In this document: positions 61,101 through 64,000 of the stretch, in pieces
Numbering within the stretch: position 1 is the stretch's first letter
Layout of the letters: each line of letters begins with the position of its first letter
Translations under genes and position numbers: made by a program
Origin: Lytechinus pictus
Taxonomy: Eukaryota
Direction: 5' to 3'
DNA: 64,000 nucleotides
NCBI RefSeq assembly: GCF_037042905.1
Contig: NC_087252.1
Coordinates: 22,818,001-22,882,000, forward strand
The notes under the pieces: model-generated
What the model was told of the DNA's origin: nothing
The model's database searches: none
Seen by the model: only the letters and a program-made list of their open reading frames with translations

Positions 61101-64000
61101 CACACAGTACACTGCCCCTTTAAGTTGTGGTTTAACAATGGAAAGCCAGTTGTTACATAAATCAGTAAAACAGTAGAGGTTCAATGTGTCAACTCATTTG
61201 ACTCCCAAAACATTATTAACAGCCTGGGAAGGATAAGTATGACAACTGTCTTCACCATTAAATAATTAGTGAACAGCACAGTTAACATGAGAAGCATTCA
61301 CTGAAAACAAAATTTTGAAACGTTTGGCTTCCCATAATTTTAGCACAGAATTAGACCATGACTTCAGAATACGGGCCATTATCTTCAACTGGCTTTTTAA
61401 GGTTCATTCTTAAAAGGGTGAACATAATCATAGACAACTAAATTTTACCAGGATAAAAATTGAAAAGAAAGTAGGGAGATAAAATTGCATTTTGCTTATA
61501 TCGGGGATCTTCCCTAGTTTTAACGTGGAAGAATAGTCAAACCATCTGTTTTCGTAAAAAGTGTCGTTCTTTTACAATCCCATTACTTTCACTAGAATTA
61601 ATATGGACAAAGTGCATGAAAATTACTACAAAAATGAATTTGAATCTTTTACTGAAAAAAAAATTGATTTCCAGATATAACAACAACAGAACATAATTTT
61701 ATTGATTTAATGTTTTCTAATGTTTTCAATGGGTCAAATTATTGTTATTGGTAATTTGGTTGATGTTTATATACTTAATTGAAATTTATCATCTTAATTC
61801 AAAAGAGTTTACGGAACTGTATTGGTTAGTCAGTTTTGGTAGATGTTTTTGGTAGTAGGTGGTTAACAAATAATTGGTAAATGGGATTTCATGACGTTGA
61901 ATTTTATGATTTTCTATAATTACTATACAGGTGTGGGATCAGGCGAAGTAAGCATAGCTCATGTGATGACTCAGTTCCTCATCATATCTGTCCAGATAGC
62001 ACTCGTACTTGTCTTCACATTCGCTGTCTTTGAGGTAAGTTCATTGGTTAAGTGGTGAGAAATAAAACTTATACCCTATAAGAAGTATATGTACTTCAAT
62101 ATGTCGTAACATCGTAAGCATATATCAAGTGATGACCTAGTTCTAAGACATTATGTCCAGATATGACATCCGTACTTGTCTTCACAGTCACCGTTCTCGA
62201 TGCAGTTTATTTATTAAGTGGTGAGAAATAAAACTTATGCCGTATAAGATCTTAGGATCAACAATATAAGTACTCACCATTACGCGTTGATTTGGGTCCA
62301 ATATCGTGTAGGCCAAAGAACAGTAGGTCCGGTATCGTATAAGAACTAATGGATAGTTATATGAATGAAGAGATCTTGAGGTCACTATTTATGTCCGGAG
62401 CACCCTTCCACCTTCACATTGGTGTTCATTGATGCAATGTTAGTAGGCAATGAATTATTAAGTGTATTCTTTATTGTTTCAAATGAATTATCTATTTATC
62501 TTTTTTATGTATTTTTCGGAATTTGCAAGAAAATTCTAATTTAAATGAATTGATTGCTGAATAGTAATTAAGATGCATTTATTTTTATTTTTTCTTCAGC
62601 TTCCAAACGAGGGCAGTTTATTCCTGGTTATCCTCATGATGATGTTACAAGGGTTATGTGGAATGGCTCTTGGTCTACTCATCTCGGCCTTCTGTGACTC
62701 GGAATCCACAGCTATTCAACTCGCCCTCGGATCTTTCTACCCCCTTCTTCTCCTCAGCGGTAAGAGTTTGGGAAATATAGGACCGCATTGAGTTGAATTA
62801 GCCATGTTAGCTAAATCAATCAGTTGCCATTTTTAAAAGTAAGACAGTGCCAATTAAACCATGTGTTAACAGTGTGTTCACATAATACACTATATGCGAA
62901 GATACGACTCCCGCTGTTAATATTCTCCAATTTAAAACAGTGTGAAGATCATGTCATATTGTGGACACTTCTACAGTGTGGGTTTCTTGCACAGTGTGTT
63001 TCCATGATGGAGTATGCGAAGATGTGATTTTCGTTGCTAAGATGCCCATATTATACAGTGAGGAGATAATTTCAAATTGTGTTCCACAATGCGAACACAC
63101 AGTGAACACACTATAAACACACTTTGGAAACACTGCGAACACATTATGGACACACTGAAGACACTGTGAACACACTCTAAACACACTCTAAGCATACTGT
63201 GGACATACTATGAACACACCGTCAACACATTATAGACACACTGTGAACACACTGGGCATACTGTGGACACACCGTGAATACACTATGAACACACTGTCAA
63301 CACACTATGGACACACTGGGCATACGGTGGACACACTATGAACACATCATCAACACACTATGGACTCACTGTGAAGACACTGTGAACACATTGTGAACAT
63401 ACTATGAACACACCGTCAACACACTATAGACACACTGTAAACACACTGGATATACTGTGGATACACTATGAACACACCGTCAACACACTCTTGACACACT
63501 GTGAACACACTGGAGATACTGTGGATACACTATGAACACACCGTCAACACACTCTTGACACACTGTGAACACACTGGACATACTGTGGACACACTGTGAA
63601 AACACTATGAACACACTCTCAACAAACTATGATGGACACACTATAGACACATTGTGAACACACTGGGGATACTGTGGATACACTGTGAACACACTATGAA
63701 CGCACCTTCAAAATCCCATGGACACACTGAGAACACACTGTGAACGTTTTATGAAACAAACTGTTCGTTTCAGCCGGGTCTCTGATGTCTCTGAATTATG
63801 ACACTCATCTAGTACCTATCGTTTTCATCATCTACTTTTTGATAATAAATACTTTCTCAGACGTTTAATTATTTCCCCATATTCCTGTTCTCTGTACAGG
63901 TGTTGTGTGGCCAATTCAAGCAATGCCTGAGCCATTGTATTACATCGCACTGGTATTGCCGCAAACTTTATCAGCAGAGGGAATACGAGCAATACTCGGA
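37310..64000 (+). CDS. ABCH1: ABCH-subfamily half ABC transporter (NBD then ABC-2 type TMD; often auto-annotated 'ABC transporter G family member 20/23-like'), 19 coding exons in window, 3' end beyond window
   Basis: Hand-spliced exons: 37310-37428, 39365-39524, 46789-46943, 47585-47692, 48116-48209, 49273-49347, 49893-49952, 50399-50675, 50950-51046, 52390-52561, 53075-53178, 53802-53875, 54620-54669, 56345-56410, 57354-57424, 58594-58682, 61931-62034, 62600-62759, 63900-64000. All phases are compatible; 2136 nt = 712 codons with no stop. Motifs: Walker [10 protein letters not shown]-loop GYMPQ, signature LSGGQ, Walker B/D-loop [13 protein letters not shown]-loop TTHYIEEA, and ABCH-typical ERKEGLLDR and [19 protein letters not shown]. 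The symbol is a family-level call, not proven orthology. Confidence 0.93.
37483..38912. mobile_element. Non-autonomous DNA transposon, TIR CAGTGGCGTA, 8-bp TSD (GGTATATA/GGTAAATA); nested CACTG-ended MITE 38186-38428 (TG TSD)
   Basis: TIR/TSD read directly; interior colinear with 41361-42502. Confidence 0.87.
39365..39524 (+). CDS. ABCH exon 2 (Walker A and Q-loop)
   Basis: ccatag|T TAC GGT CTC CTC GGA CCT AGC GGA TGC GGG AAG ACC ... GYMPQ; the donor is GC (cag|gcaggt). Confidence 0.92.
41361..42502. mobile_element. Nested copy of the CAGTGGCGTA element, perfect TSD TATAGGTA
   Basis: Direct reading. Confidence 0.88.
44075..45318. repeat. GC-rich minisatellite, ~27-30-bp unit CTAGTTCGAACATCAATT(C/T)GGCGCCCC
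   Basis: Roughly 40 diverged tandem copies. Confidence 0.92.
45315..46130. repeat. ~810-bp almost pure polypyrimidine/polypurine tract
   Basis: Nearly only C/T on +; no obvious period. Confidence 0.95.
46789..46943 (+). CDS. ABCH exon 3 ([17 protein letters not shown]...MVAYL)
   Basis: cacag| acceptor, AG|gtaaac donor. Confidence 0.92.
47585..47692 (+). CDS. ABCH exon 4 (signature motif, Walker B)
   Basis: (S)[35 protein letters not shown]; ttttag| and |gtaagt. Confidence 0.95.
48116..48209 (+). CDS. ABCH exon 5 (H-loop)
   Basis: [31 protein letters not shown]; tgcag| and |gtatga. Confidence 0.93.
49273..49347 (+). CDS. ABCH exon 6
   Basis: [25 protein letters not shown]; ccgcag| and |gtactg. 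Confidence 0.9.
49893..49952 (+). CDS. ABCH exon 7
   Basis: [20 protein letters not shown]; cctag| and |gtaagt. Confidence 0.9.
50399..50675 (+). CDS. ABCH exon 8 (low-complexity cytosolic linker)
   Basis: [25 protein letters not shown]...ETPEYHY; the acceptor is AAG (caaag|), donor G|gttagt; phases 0/1 fit the neighbouring exons. Confidence 0.78.
50950..51046 (+). CDS. ABCH exon 9
   Basis: [33 protein letters not shown] (pre-TM1 helix); ctag| and |gtaagt. Confidence 0.88.
51163..51687 (+). mobile_element. tRNA-derived SINE with a nested 8-bp-TSD MITE (51390-51620, TSD AACGCGCC)
   Basis: A box tggcccagtgg, B box ggttcgaatcc, (tat)n tail; insert TIR ca..ggcggcggaagc/gcttccgccgcc..tg. Confidence 0.85.
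51796..52052. mobile_element. CAC-ended (EnSpm/CACTA-like) MITE; second copy about 54011-54257; another CACT-ended MITE at about 56429-56640
   Basis: Shared interior 'ggtaaaatgctccatgagggtaattatgtg...cacataattaccctc' with inverted arms. Confidence 0.75.
52390..52561 (+). CDS. ABCH exon 10 (TM1 and start of extracellular domain)
   Basis: [35 protein letters not shown]...MINQ; ccag| and |gtcagt. Confidence 0.9.
52600..52995. repeat. Degenerate (GAT)n microsatellite (also 39075-39235 and 50040-50210)
   Basis: Direct reading. Confidence 0.85.
53075..53178 (+). CDS. ABCH exon 11
   Basis: [34 protein letters not shown]; gcag| and |gtatga. Confidence 0.9.
53802..53875 (+). CDS. ABCH exon 12
   Basis: [24 protein letters not shown]; ttcag| and |gtaagc. 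Confidence 0.88.
54620..54669 (+). CDS. ABCH exon 13
   Basis: [17 protein letters not shown]; ttttag-like acceptor (ctttag|) and |gtgggt. Confidence 0.87.
56345..56410 (+). CDS. ABCH exon 14
   Basis: [22 protein letters not shown]; tacag| and |gtaagt. Confidence 0.85.
57354..57424 (+). CDS. ABCH exon 15
   Basis: [24 protein letters not shown]; ttttcag| and |gtaaga. Confidence 0.9.
57440..58065. repeat. GT-rich low-complexity tract
   Basis: Direct reading. Confidence 0.8.
58594..58682 (+). CDS. ABCH exon 16
   Basis: [29 protein letters not shown]; tacag| and |gttagc. Confidence 0.92.
58878..61119. mobile_element. TTAA-flanked 2.2-kb insertion containing identical 465-bp direct repeats, nested in a MITE (about 58832-61377)
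   Basis: TTAA|AG...CT|TTAA; repeats 58935-59399 and 60375-60839; the host halves rejoin and match the inverted copy at about 48408-48721. Confidence 0.75.
61931..62034 (+). CDS. ABCH exon 17
   Basis: [35 protein letters not shown]; tacag| and |gtaagt. Confidence 0.9.
62600..62759 (+). CDS. ABCH exon 18
   Basis: [53 protein letters not shown]; ttcag| and |gtaaga. Confidence 0.93.
63090..63745. repeat. ~11-bp minisatellite (CACACTGTGAA variants); related remnants at about 50770-50890 and 53255-53545
   Basis: Direct reading. Confidence 0.9.
63900..64000 (+). CDS. ABCH exon 19 (runs off window)
   Basis: [34 protein letters not shown]; tacag| acceptor. Confidence 0.92.
   Translation, partial: MLCGQFKQCLSHCITSHWYCRKLYQQREYEQYS

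Overview
Eukaryotic (animal) genomic DNA: AT-rich, intron-rich and packed with non-autonomous transposons. The repeat style suggests an echinoid/deuterostome invertebrate, but that is inference only. Two divergently oriented spliced genes can be rebuilt by hand, and the ORF track largely misses both. (1) On + (37310 to beyond 64000), 19 coding exons join in frame to at least 712 aa of an NBD-TMD half ABC transporter of ABCH type (ABCG20/23-like in automated annotation). It has one GC-AG intron that is about 90% filled by a 6.5-kb composite DNA transposon. (2) On - (start codon 20350), a gene begins MEMSCRRKQKSPRRL, resembling the FOG/SALL/BCL11 NuRD-recruiting motif, followed by an exon with a C2H2 zinc finger; its remaining exons were not found in the window. 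The rest comprises TTAA-flanked Kolobok-like MITEs, MITEs with 8-bp and 6-bp TSDs, Helentron/DINE-like elements, tRNA-SINEs, decayed LINEs, micro/minisatellites and local duplications. A strand-specific hairpin motif (tandem GA pairs plus a triloop) recurs in several unrelated repeats. No prokaryotic system or CRISPR array is supported.
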